Below the pieces are notes generated by a model, which was not told the DNA's origin, did no database searches, and saw only the letters and a program-made list of their open reading frames with translations. From the NCBI RefSeq assembly GCF_016433145.1, contig NC_058136.1, forward strand, positions 2,933,370-2,997,369: a DNA stretch of 64,000 nt, given 5' to 3'. A program made the translations under genes and the position numbers. Shown here piece after piece: positions 11,493 to 24,555 of this stretch. Every line of letters starts with the position of its first letter. Within the stretch, counting starts at the first letter, position 1. Origin of the DNA: Gracilinanus agilis (taxonomy: Eukaryota).

Positions 11493-13119
11493 CTGGAATA
11501 ATATTTTATAAGGATTTAGTTGACCAGTATGACTACAAACCCAGTGCCTACATCAATTAAAAGAATTTGGCAGTGCAATGAACACAAAGCAGGTTTGCAG
11601 CTCAAGGAAGGGAAAAGAAATATCTATTTCACAAGACTGCATGCTTTTCTCTCCAAGTCCTGGAAAGAGTCTCTTTCCTGTTATTATGCTTATTATGTTA
11701 TTATCCATAAACTAGTCCCTGTTCGACCTTTTACTTTGGATTGATAAGAAATCCTAGCTCAGAAGAAGTTGAGATGGATATCAAACACAGAAGAATCTCC
11801 TGAATTCCTCTCAAAAAAACTGATGTTTACAACCTACACCAGAAGAAATGTCATTTGATTCAAAAAGGAGTTTTGCTCAAGCAATGGCCAATTTATGGTT
11901 CATCATAAGAAGACTTTAGGATAATTGGCCCCAAGCCTGAGTACATACCCTAAACTCAATCCTTCTTTATTAAACAGTTAGGACCTAGCAAGAATTTTTA
12001 GTCAAACTAGAAATAGAATCATTAGAAATTGTGTAAAGTACACTGAGCTTCAAATATTTTATTTTGCTACATGTGAACATTTTTAGTGGCTATTTTGTTT
12101 CCTACTTTATACTCAGTTTCCTATAACTACTGCATATGGTTAGGAATTAAATGTGAGAGATTTCACTATACAGAAAAAAAAATAAAAAATACCAGATCAT
12201 TTCCCAAGAGAGCTGTCTGAGGCATGAGAGAACACTCCAGCATTTCTAACTCTCCGGCTGCACACCACAATAGTATGTGACAGAACTGAATTTCTAATAC
12301 TAGACATTTCCCAGTAAAGTATTTTCCCCCAAAGTAAACATCATCAAGCCAAAAAGTACCATCTCCAAATCAGCAACATGGAAGAAGGTTTCTCATAATT
12401 CAGCCCCTTCCCTCCACCCCTAAGTCCACGATCCCATTTACTGACCACCAAAGGGAGGGTAGAAGCTGTCCTTGCCAAAATGAGAGCACTCAGGCCAAGT
12501 GCTTGAGTCCATGTCTCAGCTGCTACTATCCGCAAAACTAAAACTGGGATCCAGAGGCGAAGAGTGATTTTAATGTGTTGCCTTGGTACTCCCATGAGCT
12601 ATTGGTGCAGAGAAGAGGTGAAAGGCAGGAGAGAAAGGGAGTTCAGGTGCTAGTGCAAGGTCAAGAGAGAGCCAATGGGTCTCGATGCCAGCATTTTCCA
12701 ATCAAACTGAACTGTAGACACCAAGAGCTAATTCTTGTCTCTTCCACAATCCCTAAAGTAACCAAAGCCTCTGAACAGGTTGGGGTCCCCTTGGAGAGGC
12801 ACAGCATTTCTGATCCAACTGCTTGAAGCTAAAGTTTATTTTTAGGATGCTCTGTTTTACAAAGGAAGAACCCACAGGAATGATATTCACACTCTCCTGA
12901 GAGGCTGATGATATTGGGGCATTCAGATGAAAAATTTATTTTTGTACATACATGAGCTATCCTAATTAGGTTAGGTATATGCTGTCAAAAAGAGTGATTT
13001 AAAGGGTTTAAGGCTTAATTTTCTCCTCCCTCACTCCCCTATCTTCTATAGTAATTAGAAAATGTTCCCTTATTGTCTGATAGAAAAGAGCAAAAGAGCT
13101 AGGGACTTGGAGTCATAAA

Positions 13120-13420
13120 CTGTTAGTGATTAGAATCCCAGGATTTCAGAGCTGGAATGGACTTCAGAGCCAACTAGTCCAGCTTACTCATACCTGACCC
13201 AGAATCCTCTCTACAATCTCACTGATGCCAGTCTCTTAAAGACCTCTAGTGACAGGGAGCCAACTATCTCCAGAGGCAGCCAATTCTGCCTGTGGACAGT
13301 TCTGATGTCTCTCCGCACCCTCAATCTATTGTTCTGTCCTAGTTCTACCCTCTGGGGCCAAGCAGAACAAGGTAAGTTCTTCTTGACTGTGATAGCCCTT
13401 CAGATATTTGTAGGAGACTA
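13120..13420 (-). mobile_element. L3/CR1 3' fragment
   Basis: gatttcagagctggaatggacttcagagccaactagtcc...cctctggggccaagcagaacaag. Confidence 0.55.
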
Positions 13421-14013
13421 GCGAATGTTTCCTAGTCTTACTTTCTCATCCTCAGATCCTATCCTCATGGGGAATGACCCCCAGGTCTTTTGTGGAAAAC
13501 TTCTCATCCCTTCTTGGCTGGCTTCTAAAGTAAGATTTTGGCATATGGGGTCCTACCTCTTTCTATGAACCCTCTAAAATCAGCTTTCCTCCAATTTAAC
13601 TGTATCTCAGGCCCATTATTCCTTTCTTTTAATTCAAAATCTAAGACAGAGTAGAAATTTCCCACAAAGTTTCTATCACTGCCACTTGAGCATACTTGGT
13701 TGTGAAAATCAGATGGAGAATATAATTTCCCCTTGTTGGTTTCTCCACATTTGAAGACATCTTAACAGAGAATAATCTCTCTGCATTTTAAGGAATGAGT
13801 TAATGAATTGGAGCTCAGAAGGATTAAGGAGTTGTCTTTATTTTCTTTATCCAGGGCCAATATCTGATTTGCTTGTGCATTTCCTTGATGATGCTGGTAG
13901 TTAGTATAAGAAAAGCTTGACAGTCATTTTCAAGAGCTTTTGAAGTGCTAGCCAGCAAAGAAAGCAGGTATAACTAAATAATCATTTATGAGGATTAGAA
14001 GGGACTGTCTTAC

Positions 14014-14163
14014 ATGAGTTGGTAGGTACAGGTCATAAACTGTCCCGGAATCAACATCAATGGCATGGAATCCTGCTACAGAGCCATAGATCACCTTCAG
14101 TCTCTGTCCATTTTCCACTGTGAGGTCAACTGCCAGAGGCTTCTGATAAAGGGAGTGGAATGA
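14014..14163 (-). CDS. CNH-domain exon
   Basis: ttatgattacag|TCA ... CAT|gtaaga; 150 nt, phase 0 to 0; [50 protein letters not shown]. Confidence 0.96.
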
Positions 14164-15165
14164 CTGTAATCATAAAACAGTATAGTGAGAAAAGATAAAA
14201 TGGTGTCTTCAATCCAAGCAAAAGATGACTTGTCATGGAGGCCTAGTGATTAACCAATGTTACCAGGATATAATCTCTCTCTGAGCTCTCTGACTCATCT
14301 ACCAGTCAAATCTCAGGAATGAGATGGGCCATGACACAAGTTTCTGCAGCCATTATAGGGAACAAGGTATAGAGACCAAGGCAGAAATCTCACTCCTGTC
14401 CTTTGTTTGGGTAAGGGTCCCTGAATATAAATTTGGGCCAGGGGCAAGGCAGATCTAGCCAGTCAGAGGTGGGCCTGATATTATTTGGGAAAGATATTAT
14501 TTATTACATACACTTTGACACTTTTTAGGCCATCACCATTGGGTTTTGAAGCTATAGCAATTAAAATGAAATGTTGGTACAAAAGTGTTCCAAAATACTA
14601 GAGTATCTGATGGATGACTTATAGTACATGAAAAAAGGTCAGCCAAACTGCTGCTTGCCCCTTTGTTGATCAAATCATCATCAACTTTCATTTTTTTACC
14701 TTTAGCATGTCTTTTCTCTTTCTATCTTCAAATATGTGCTTTCATGTTCTCCAGGATACTCCACTTGAAACCAGAGGATAAAGAACTGGTCTTGAAGCAA
14801 GGAAGATCTGGGTTCAAATCCCAATTCTGACACATACTAATGTGGACAAGTCATTTTACGTTGAAGTGCTCTAGGCAACTCTCTAAAATTATAAAACTGC
14901 AGAGAAATTATCTACAACCACTGGTAAATGGAGTTTCTTCATCTGGGAGTTCCCTATAACTAATGAAATTACAGGTCCAGTTCCAATCCCTATGGAGTAT
15001 TAGAAATGTCACACTGACTACTCCTGAATGGATGGATAGAGTTGTTCTACAACAGGCCCATTTATTCAAGCTGGAAGAATCTTGCATCTTCTTGTTCCTA
15101 TTGTCTGAATGGAATTGCTGATGACGTCATGAAAGGGATGAAGGACGAGATCATGGCTCACTCAC

Positions 15166-15266
15166 CTTAAAAGCCATAAACTTGTGATATGGTTTCGGTG
15201 CCCATGCATAGACCTCAACTGAATTCCTCAGAGCGACAACAAGAAATTTGATCCTCTCATATTTAA
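15166..15266 (-). CDS. CNH-domain exon
   Basis: ctttttatgttatag|TT ... AAG|gtgagt; 101 nt, phase 1 to 0; (V)[33 protein letters not shown]. Confidence 0.97.
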
Positions 15267-15489
15267 CTATAACATAAAAAGATGACAATTACAAAGAGTT
15301 AACAAGAATGCCCAAATTCAAGAACCAACTGTTGACGAGTGAAGCTGCTTGGTTAGAATCCAGTTTGAAGGAAATAACTCTCAGGATCTATGACATGCAA
15401 AATCAGCAGCATCTGGGTCAAGCCTTGCCTGAAAATATTGTCTATTTCTAGTTCTCAATCCAATTAAACAAAAAGGGATTAAGAACCTA

Positions 15490-16500
15490 TTGTGCTCAGC
15501 GTGGGGCAGGGTGGTTTACTGAGACAATAAAAAATCCTTTTCCTCAAGGAGTTTGTATTTTACTGGGAAATGAAAATGTAAAGGGATAAGTTAATAAATA
15601 CAAGACCCTTTGTGAACAGAGTTCTAAAAACAGGCAAATAAGGAAAAACGTCATGTAGGAGAGTAGCACCTACCTGAACTTCAAAGGAATAAGTTTGTTC
15701 CAGGAATAAGGCATAGCCTCTACCATGGAGGTAGAATGCCTAGTTTGGAAAGTAGCTAGGAAACCACTTTGTAGAATGTAGTATATGTTAAAGGTAATGA
15801 GTGTGAAGGACTTTACATTCTAAGCTGAGGAGTTTGCATTTTATCCTAGAGAAAATAGAGAATGACTAAAAATTTTGATTGGAGGAATGACATGGTCCTA
15901 CTTGTGCTTGTGGAAGATTATTTTGGCAGTTGTGTGGAGGATGGATTGGAGAAGGAAGAGGCTGAAACCAACGGGATCAAGTAAAAGACTATTGCAATTG
16001 CCTGGGTGAGAGTGAATGAAGGCCAGAATTACTATGAAAGCTGTGAGGGAGGAAAGGGAGCAAATATACAAGTTGTGGAGGTAGAATTGACAATATTTTT
16101 GTCAACCAATTAGATATGGGGTAGCAGGGGAGAAGAAGAGTCACACATGGTTCTGAGGTTGTGATCCTGAGTTTCTGGGGAAGGATGATGGTAACCTTAG
16201 CACAAACAGGAATATTTAGGATAGAAGCAGAATAGGGGTAGGGATGGAGAATGCATTCTCTTTTGCACATGTTAAGTTTAAGATGCCTTTAATACATTCA
16301 GGAGGCCATAATCCATAGGCAGTTAGAGATGGATGACTAGAATTCAGGGTTAGATAAATACATTTTGGAGATATCTATATAGAGATGATAATCGAACCCA
16401 TGGTTAGAGCTGAAGAGCTCACCAAGAGACAATAGAGTGTGAAAAGAGAAGACCTAGGACACATCAAACTCACAGAAAGAAACAGAAGTTTGATGATGAT
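15490..16500 (-). mobile_element. L2 fragment
   Basis: Purine-rich reverse L2 pattern (ggaagattattttggcagttgtgtggaggatggattggag..., ggtgagagtgaatgaaggcc). Confidence 0.6.
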
Positions 16501-19500
16501 CCAGCAAAGTAGACTGAGAAAGGTTGGGCATAGATATAGGAGATCATAGGCCTGGAGCTAGAGTAGACCTTAAGAGGTCATCTAGTTTAACTTCTTCATT
16601 GTATAGGTGAGGAAACTGAGACCCAGGCCAGGTACTAATTTGGGTCAACAAATGACTTGCCCAGAGTCACAGAGCTCATAAAGGTCTGAAGTAGAATTTG
16701 AACTCAGGTCTCCCTAATACTGATAAAGAAGTAAAATCTATGTGGTGCCCTGCAAAAAGTTTTGTATGTTAGGAAGGAGAAAAGAGTATGAACAATACAA
16801 AGAAGAGTTCATCCACCTTTTAATAAGCATGATTAGGAAGTTGGATTAGACTAAGTGGGAAATTCATGAAGGGGAAAGGGATGCTGTCCAAAACCATCTA
16901 CCCACTTTTCTTAGACAAAGCCTAAGTAAGCCAAACAACTGGTCTGCCATTCCCCTGCTGGCATAGTCAGCTAAAAGATGGTTGGGGTTGGGGTGAGGGG
17001 AGGGAAGGAGGGAGAAAGAGAGGCAGCCAGAAGAAAATTATCAAGTTTTCATTTAAGAGTAGGACTCTGATCCTATTATTGGCCGATAGAGATTCCTGAT
17101 GAAATATTTCAGTCCTGTTTCTGAAGCGAGCAATCCAGCAATGTTTTTGAAATTCTAATAGGTCCTTGTGTCTAAGTGTGTCTGTGTGCCAAGAAATCAC
17201 TCTCTGTCAGTATGACAGCAAAGTTTTCAGCACTTGGTTTGCAATGCATTAAGCTCAGAGAGCTTGGCTTTGGAGCATAGTTGGGGAGAACCAAGGCAGA
17301 GAGTAGCCTGTTTCTCCTGTCACACATAGGCCTGCCCTGTGAAGTTCCCCAATTCAAAGAGAGGAGTTACATATCAATTGGGATATGCTAAGGGGAGAAC
17401 AATATGACCTGGATTCATATCCAAAGCATGTCTGTCACCACAAGTCTTAGCTGCCTGCATTCAATTTGCAATCTCTCTGGTGTCATTTGGGAAACCCAGC
17501 TGTAAAAGCAGCAGCATGAACAAGTAGGAAGAGAGGATTCTGAGCACAAACTTGGTACTGTGGACATCAGCACTTGGAGCTCAATGCCAACCAGAACTGT
17601 CAGCCCAAATTAGTAGCCATAGTGAAAGCAAGTCAAGCCAGACTTGATTGCAACTGACAAGTAAGCAAACCACGTGTGTGTTCTGTCTGCAGAGGAAAGT
17701 TGTCAAGTCTAGGCCTCAACTGAAATACAGAGATTGGGCATGTCATCCACTCAGGTGAACCATCCTTTAATGAAATTTTTTCTAAGCAGGCTTCTTTTTA
17801 CAGGAAAAAAGGACAAAGTTGGAGTACAGGGGGCTTAGCCTCTCCACTTCAAATATTCCATCTTTTTGGCTGATGCTGTCAAGGAACTTTTCCCTGCCCC
17901 ATTTGTAATTAGGATTGTTATTTTTTTCCCTTTTGGAGGGAGAAAAAAGAGTTGGGAGATTTTAATGAAAAAAAGCACAAGAATTTCTTTAAAATAAGTG
18001 AGGAAGAAGGAAAAACATTCCTAGCAGAGGGAAAAGTGGCTAAGGAAGGGCTGAGCTTCTGCCAAGCTATGGAGGATGGCCTAATTTGGGGGCCTGAGGA
18101 ATATGCAGACATCAGCTTTTTTCGGTCCCTTTGACATCTCAAAAAGGGCCTCCTTGCCCATTATTAATTGTAAAATCAATCTTCTACAGTTCCCTAGCAA
18201 TTCAGGGACTACTTGGGTGGTATTTATATATCTGTAGGGAGGGACAAGCAAAGAAGTAACCCTGTGAAGTTTAGGGCTTGGCTTTTGCCTTAATCAGAAA
18301 CAAGTTGTACCTGGAATGTCTGTTTATCTGTCTCCCTGTCTTTGTTGTTCTCAGCCCCCCAGGGATGAACTTGCTGTTGGTCATCCATCAGCATATATAA
18401 GGTAATATGGAGAGAATACTAGACCCAGAGTCATGAGGCCTGGGGACCCTGGTTCTGACATTTATTTGATTTTTGATCCTGGGCAAGCTCCATTTGCTTC
18501 TCAGGGCTTGTTTCCTCATCTGTAATAGAAAGTAGTAATGTCTAAATGGCCCCTTCCTCACAGGGTTGAGAAGAAAGTGCTTTGTAAGCCTTATAGAAAG
18601 CTAGATAAATGGGAGCCAATCTTCTTGTCCTTTGGCTCAGATTTTCAAGATATCATGATCCTTCAACTTCTGACAGGTGACCTCCAGGAGAATAGGAGAA
18701 AGCTCTGATGGAGTTGTCAATGATAAAGCTAGTGACTTTGGAATACATAATCATTCCTTTCCCAGTCCTTGGTGTCCTTAAGATCTCTTATATCTCACAG
18801 GGGAATATAAAATTCCCTTAAGGGATACATATAATCACAGGGAACACAAATAGTAGCTACACATAGGAGAGACACCCAGGTGACTGAGCTCCCCATGGCT
18901 TTATTGTTTGGCCCTACCACCCAGAGGTCTCATCTGGCTCTCTTGGCAACCACTCAGTTCTGTGGTATGAGGGACAGTTTAGGAACTGTCCAGAAGTTTG
19001 AGGTCTGCCCTCCTCAAGTTAGTGGTAACAGTTGTTGCTTTTCTGCTCCAAGGATCAACCCTCCATTAAGGAACAAGTTCACAGATGGTTTTATACCTGT
19101 AAGTATAAAATAGCTCTGTATGACTTTGGAAACATTTTGTATTTAATAACTGCACACAGTTTGGATCTGACCACCACTAAAACGTAAGCTCCTTGAGGGC
19201 AGAGTTATTTCACTTTTGACTTTGCATCCCTAATATCTAAAACAGGGCCTTGCACATAATAGGTGCTTGATAAATAATTTGAAATTGAACTGAATTGAAA
19301 TAATAGAGCCTATAAATATTGAGGGACAGCTCAGCTACTCTAACTTCTGGGTTGGTCTCTTTACCTTCTGGGTTCATAATCCTCTAAAAGGCTGCTTGCA
19401 ACTACACTCTCAAGGAGAAGAGGGGATATGTGCCTGAATTATCTTGTTAATTACTTAATTTCTACCCTTCACACTGTTTGTGCACTGTTTGTAGTTCAAT

Positions 19501-20675
19501 GTAAATGCAGATGGATGAGTCAATGGACATGGGATCAGTGTCCTTAGCACTAATACTGCCTCAAATCTTAGGCCAAGCTGGGTCTGTTATTGAGACAGCC
19601 AGCTTCCCATTTTGGAACACCAAGAGAACCTGAGAAAATAGCCACCTATTTAGCTACATCAATGCCCACTTTCTACATTGCTTGACTCTTGAGTTCCATA
19701 GGTGCCTGCCTGGCATTTTTATACATAAGGGACTGAGTCCCCTTACTGGAATCAGGAAAACAAGAAGTTGCAGTAACCTATGTCTGAGTTTATGGAGTAG
19801 GACAATAGCAGTGGCAACTGAAAGAAAGAGAAACTCCAAGAGAGATTTACAAGGGAAAAAAATGAAAGGATTTGATGACATATCAGATTAGATATGAGTC
19901 ATGAGGAAGAGGGAAGCATCAGTTGATTCCAAGATTTTAAACCTGATGACAGAATAGTTCAGTGGAAAGAACTCTTGAAAACATTGCTGATTCATAAGAC
20001 ATAGCAAATTAATATAAAGATATAAGAATCATTGGTTGAAAGATACAAATAGGTGGTTTTCAAAAGAAGAAATATTTCTATCAACAACCATTTGGAACAT
20101 GCTTCAATTCAGTATCAGCAAGAGTAATGTAAATTAAAACAGCTCTGTCAAATTGGCAAAGTTCCTCCTAGCTCAGTCATTCTATATTCCATATTCTTTC
20201 TATGCTCTAATAAAGAGGTTGTCAAACACACTCTAGCAATAACAATGTATATGAATATTTTTCTCCTTCAAACAGGTCAAACAGGTGAAGCCTTCCTTGA
20301 TTCCCTCAAGTTACAGGTACTCATTTGCATGCATATTGTCTCTTCCCAGTTGAATGTAAGCTGTCTGAGGACAAGGGATATTTCAATTTTGTCTTTGCAA
20401 CCCTTGTGTCTTGCACACTATGTTGGATATAGCAGATTATTAATAAATTTTTGAGTTCAGTTGAATGCTTAGGCAGTTATGAGCCATGTGACCCTGGGTT
20501 AGTACCTCTCAGTTCCCTCATCTATAAAAAGGGCATAATATTGCAATAGGTCAAGACTATTGAGAAGCACTTGGTAAACTATAAAGCTTTATTCACATAC
20601 ACACTTTTTTTCTTTTTTGCTGATACAAAGAGACAGAGAATAGGAAGCCAACATTTACGTAGCTCTTTTCTTCTT

Positions 20676-20874
20676 TTTTTAAAAAACCATTACTTTCCAT
20701 CTTGGAATCAATACTATGTATTGGCTCCAAGGCTGAAGAGTGGTAAGGGCTAGGCAATGGGGTCAAGTGACTTGCCCTGGGTCACACAGCTAGGAAGTGT
20801 CTGGGGCCAGATTTGAACCCAGGACCTCCCATCTCTGGGCCTGGCTCTCAATACACTGAGCCACCCAGCTACCC
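20676..20874 (-). mobile_element. SINE1-type
   Basis: tactttccatcttggaatcaatactatgtattggctccaagg...gagccacccagctaccc. Confidence 0.9.
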
Positions 20875-21379
20875 ACCTTTCTTCTTAACTCAAAGAACCT
20901 CAGTGGAGCTTCCTGAAGACCTTATAAGGGAAGAGTAGAATCATTATTATTCCCATTTTCCACCTGAGGAAACTGAGGCTCAAGAGGTGACATGACTTCC
21001 TCCATGTCACACAGTAAGTAGAACTAAGTCTCCTTGAGAGCATTTTCAATAGTTTGGGCTCAATGGCGCTTTGGCTCCAGGAGGGAGGCCAGATAGGTTG
21101 GATTAACTAAACTAGTAAAGGACTGAAAGGAAAGGAAGAAGATCAGGAGGAGGAGATGACTCCAAGAATGAAGTGGAGTTAATTACTATTTGAGTTAACG
21201 AGAATGGAATTGATGGAGTTAGTGATATAACATAAAATTCCCAAAAGATTCTGAGTCTCACCTGCCCTTATATATCAGTTATAATTTTTCCCTTCCTCAC
21301 TGCTCGTCTCTGTGATGATTCATGATAATACCAAGAGGTGGAAGTCAAGAAGGAAGAGACCAAGTGAGAAGAACCTTAC

Positions 21380-21514
21380 CGATTTTGTAATGCACACAGC
21401 CTTCCAAGTCTCCCACAGAGATCCAACCTTGCTTCTTTCCCACCTCAGGGTCATTATGCAAAATCTTGTTTCTCAGCCAGGACAAGTAGTACACTCGCAG
21501 CTTATTCTTCTTTC
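21380..21514 (-). CDS. CNH-domain exon
   Basis: ttttttcatattcactag|GA ... ATC G|gtaagg; 135 nt, phase 1 to 1; (G)[44 protein letters not shown]; lies within ORF 21345..21551. Confidence 0.97.
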
Positions 21515-21675
21515 CTAGTGAATATGAAAAAACACGAAAGTGAAATAGCATGTCTTTATCTCCTTTTCTGTCAGTTCGTTGTGGTCAGTACAATTGTTCT
21601 CTTCTGACTCCAGGCCTAGGCTTAGAATACTCTTCCTGTTCTCTTTTCACCTTTAGAATTCCCAGATACCCTTTA

Positions 21676-21862
21676 TTTATTTTTTTAAACCCTTAACTTC
21701 TGTGTATTGGCTCCTTGGTGGAAGAATGGTAAGGGTGGGCAATGGGGGCCAAGTGACTTGCCCAGGGTCACACAGCTGGGAAGTGTCTGAAGCCGGATTT
21801 GAACCTAGGACCTCCCATCTCTAGGCCTGACTCTCAATCCACTGAGCTACCCAGCTGCCCCC
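21676..21862 (-). mobile_element. SINE1-type, young
   Basis: aaacccttaacttctgtgtattggctcc...gagctacccagctgcccc; TSD atacccttta at 21666..21675 and 21867..21876. Confidence 0.92.
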
Positions 21863-24555
21863 TCATATACCCTTTAAAACAAATCAAATGCCATTTTCTT
21901 TAAGAAGCCCTCCCTAAACTACACTATAGGTAATCCAAAGTGTTCTCTCTGAAATGCCCCTGGCCCTTTGTTTCCAAAATCTCTGATACATTTATCATAT
22001 GACAACATAATAATGAGATTTCTCTATGGATCATCTCCCTTTTAGTCTTTAAGTCCAAGAAGGCTAGCACCATATCTTATCCAACTGAATGTAAACTCTG
22101 AAAGGAAAGGGATTGTTCCTTTTTTTCCCCTGCCTTGCATCCAGAGTGGCCCAGCATAATGGATAGAGAGCCAGCTTAAAAATGGGAAAGATAGAGGTTC
22201 AAGACCTGCTTCTGACACATACTAGCTGTTATCCCAGGAAAGTCACTTAACTCCTTCATGCTTCAGGCAACTCTCCAAGACTAGAAGTTTCAGAGCAGAT
22301 ATCCCCCTGCATTGGTAAAGGGAAATACCTCTACTAATGATATCACAGGTCCAAGTCCTGCCCCTATTTCTCTGGGTGAGGTTTGTAGGATGGACTAGAG
22401 AGATGAGAGACAGATGGAAAGCTCTTAAACTCCCAGTATCCCCAAGTAATCCTCAAACAGCAGAAAGTACAGAGAGAAGAAGATCTATAATAGATATAAT
22501 AGGAACTTTCCCAACACTGTTGAAATTTGAGGTCTGGCCTAAGGCAAGTCACTTAATCTCTCAATAGTCTACATAATTCTCCATGAGTACAAATTACAGA
22601 GAAGGTGCCAAACTGCACTGGTAAAAGTAGTTTCCTCATCTGGAAGTGCCCTTTACCAATGAAGTCACAGCTCCAGTCTCTACCCCTATTCCTTGAAAAG
22701 AAGTAACAGATTAATACATGTTAATTTAATGAGGGAAGGAAGGAACTACCTATTGTATTAGATGAGGAAAGGGATTAAAGTTAATATTTTGATTATTTAA
22801 CAAAATATTCCCAGTATTTAACACAGTACTTGGCAGAGTAGGCACTTAGACTCTAAATGACTGATGAGCTGATCTAAAGTCAAATGAGTATCTAAGTTCC
22901 ATGGAAGTCAAAGGGGAAAACTTCAGGATTTCAAGAATCTCTGATGTCCTCTGTGTCGGTTGCCTCTAACACTGATACTCTACACTGCAACTCCTCTCAG
23001 AGCTGGTCATGGAAAGTGGCTCTGACTAAAACATGCATAGTCCTATGGCCAACCGGAGAATATAACTTTCTGAACTTGGATAAACTAAGGGACAGTCATG
23101 TAGTGGTTGAAGAGCTGACCTTGGAGTTAGGAAAACCAAGATTTGAGTCTCACCTCAGATATATACTAGATGTGTGACCCTGGGTGAATAATTTAACTTC
23201 CAAGCCTCAGTTGAGCACTTACCTCCCAGAACTGTTTCATTTGCAAACTGTAAAGCATCAGATGAATGTTAGCTTGGACCTTGACACGTACAAATATTCT
23301 ATCCCTAGACTTGAACTTGAAGCCTTTCCAGATCAAGTTCTGCTGCTACAGAACTTTGAGAATTTAGGGCCACTTCCAAGTAACAGAGGACTTTCAGAGA
23401 GGTCCATTTTTACTTATTATCTATTAATCCCCCCCACCCCCCACACCTTCCTCTATTTTCAGATTCTTGCAGTTGCTATAGGCAAGAACTTTAAAAACAT
23501 ACTGTTCTTATGCCTGGAGGGTAAGCTGGCCAGAAGAGAGGTGGACTATCTTGGGAGGTAGTGGGTTCCTCCTCAATGGAAGTCTTCACGCAATTTTCTG
23601 AGCTCTACATGGAAACTGTGGTAATATAATGACCTCCAGTTTGTTTTTTCTTTGATGTCTTTCCCCTTTTCCCTCCCATTAGAGGCAGATGTTAGGAATG
23701 TTTCTATATCCAACCTTGAAGTTCTCACTTCTGGGATCAATCTTGAACATATTTCCAGAGCGGTCTGGATGGAGTGTCAGGTTTCTGATGTATACACCCA
23801 CCCTCAGCCTCTTTTAATGTGGCCAAACTAAACTGTAGGTTTTTGAACCATGGGATAGCTTTCAATTCCACTCTTGGATTGTTCTCATGGTGAGGAAGTT
23901 CTTCCTGACATCCAGCCTCACTGGGCCCCTTTGCAACTTCCCCCCATTGCTCCTGATTCTTCCCTCTGGGGCCAAGGAAAACAAGTCTAAGCCCTCTTCT
24001 TGGATCCTGATGGGTCTTAAAGTATTTGAACAATTAGCCTAGCATCCTTCAGCATTCTCTTCTCTAGGCTAAATATGCTCAGTCTTCAGTATTCGTATGT
24101 CATGATCTTGAGGCTTTTCCCTATCTGATTACCCTCCTCTGTCAAAGTATTAAAAAAAAGAGTGGCAGCAATGTTAAACTCAAAACCAGCCGAAACTAGT
24201 GAAGAAAGCTAAGGGCATTTACCTTCTTCATGTCCTTCCTATAACACCTAGAACTAAAAACAAGATTCCAGATGGGCCTGCAAAGTCCAATACAACCAAC
24301 AGCTCCCTCATCCTAGACACTGTCCCTCTCTCAATGTAGATCAAAATGACTACCTTTCTTGGCTTCTATCACACTACTGACTTACATTGATTGTAGAAGT
24401 CACTACAATTCCCAGTCCTTGCACAGATGAACTGCTCTTTAGCCATGCCTCTCCCATGCCTACCTAGAAAGTTGATTATTTTGAACCTAAGATAAGACAA
24501 GATCCTTATATTTTATTTTCTTTCCTAGTAACAACTCTAAGACAGAAGGGCAAGG

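Noticed and set aside
16967-17357. Minus-strand ORFs containing YAPKP as a possible CNH exon or viral relic
   Set aside because: The true WAPKP exon is at 15166..15266, and phases are complete without this region. No viral motif was recognised.
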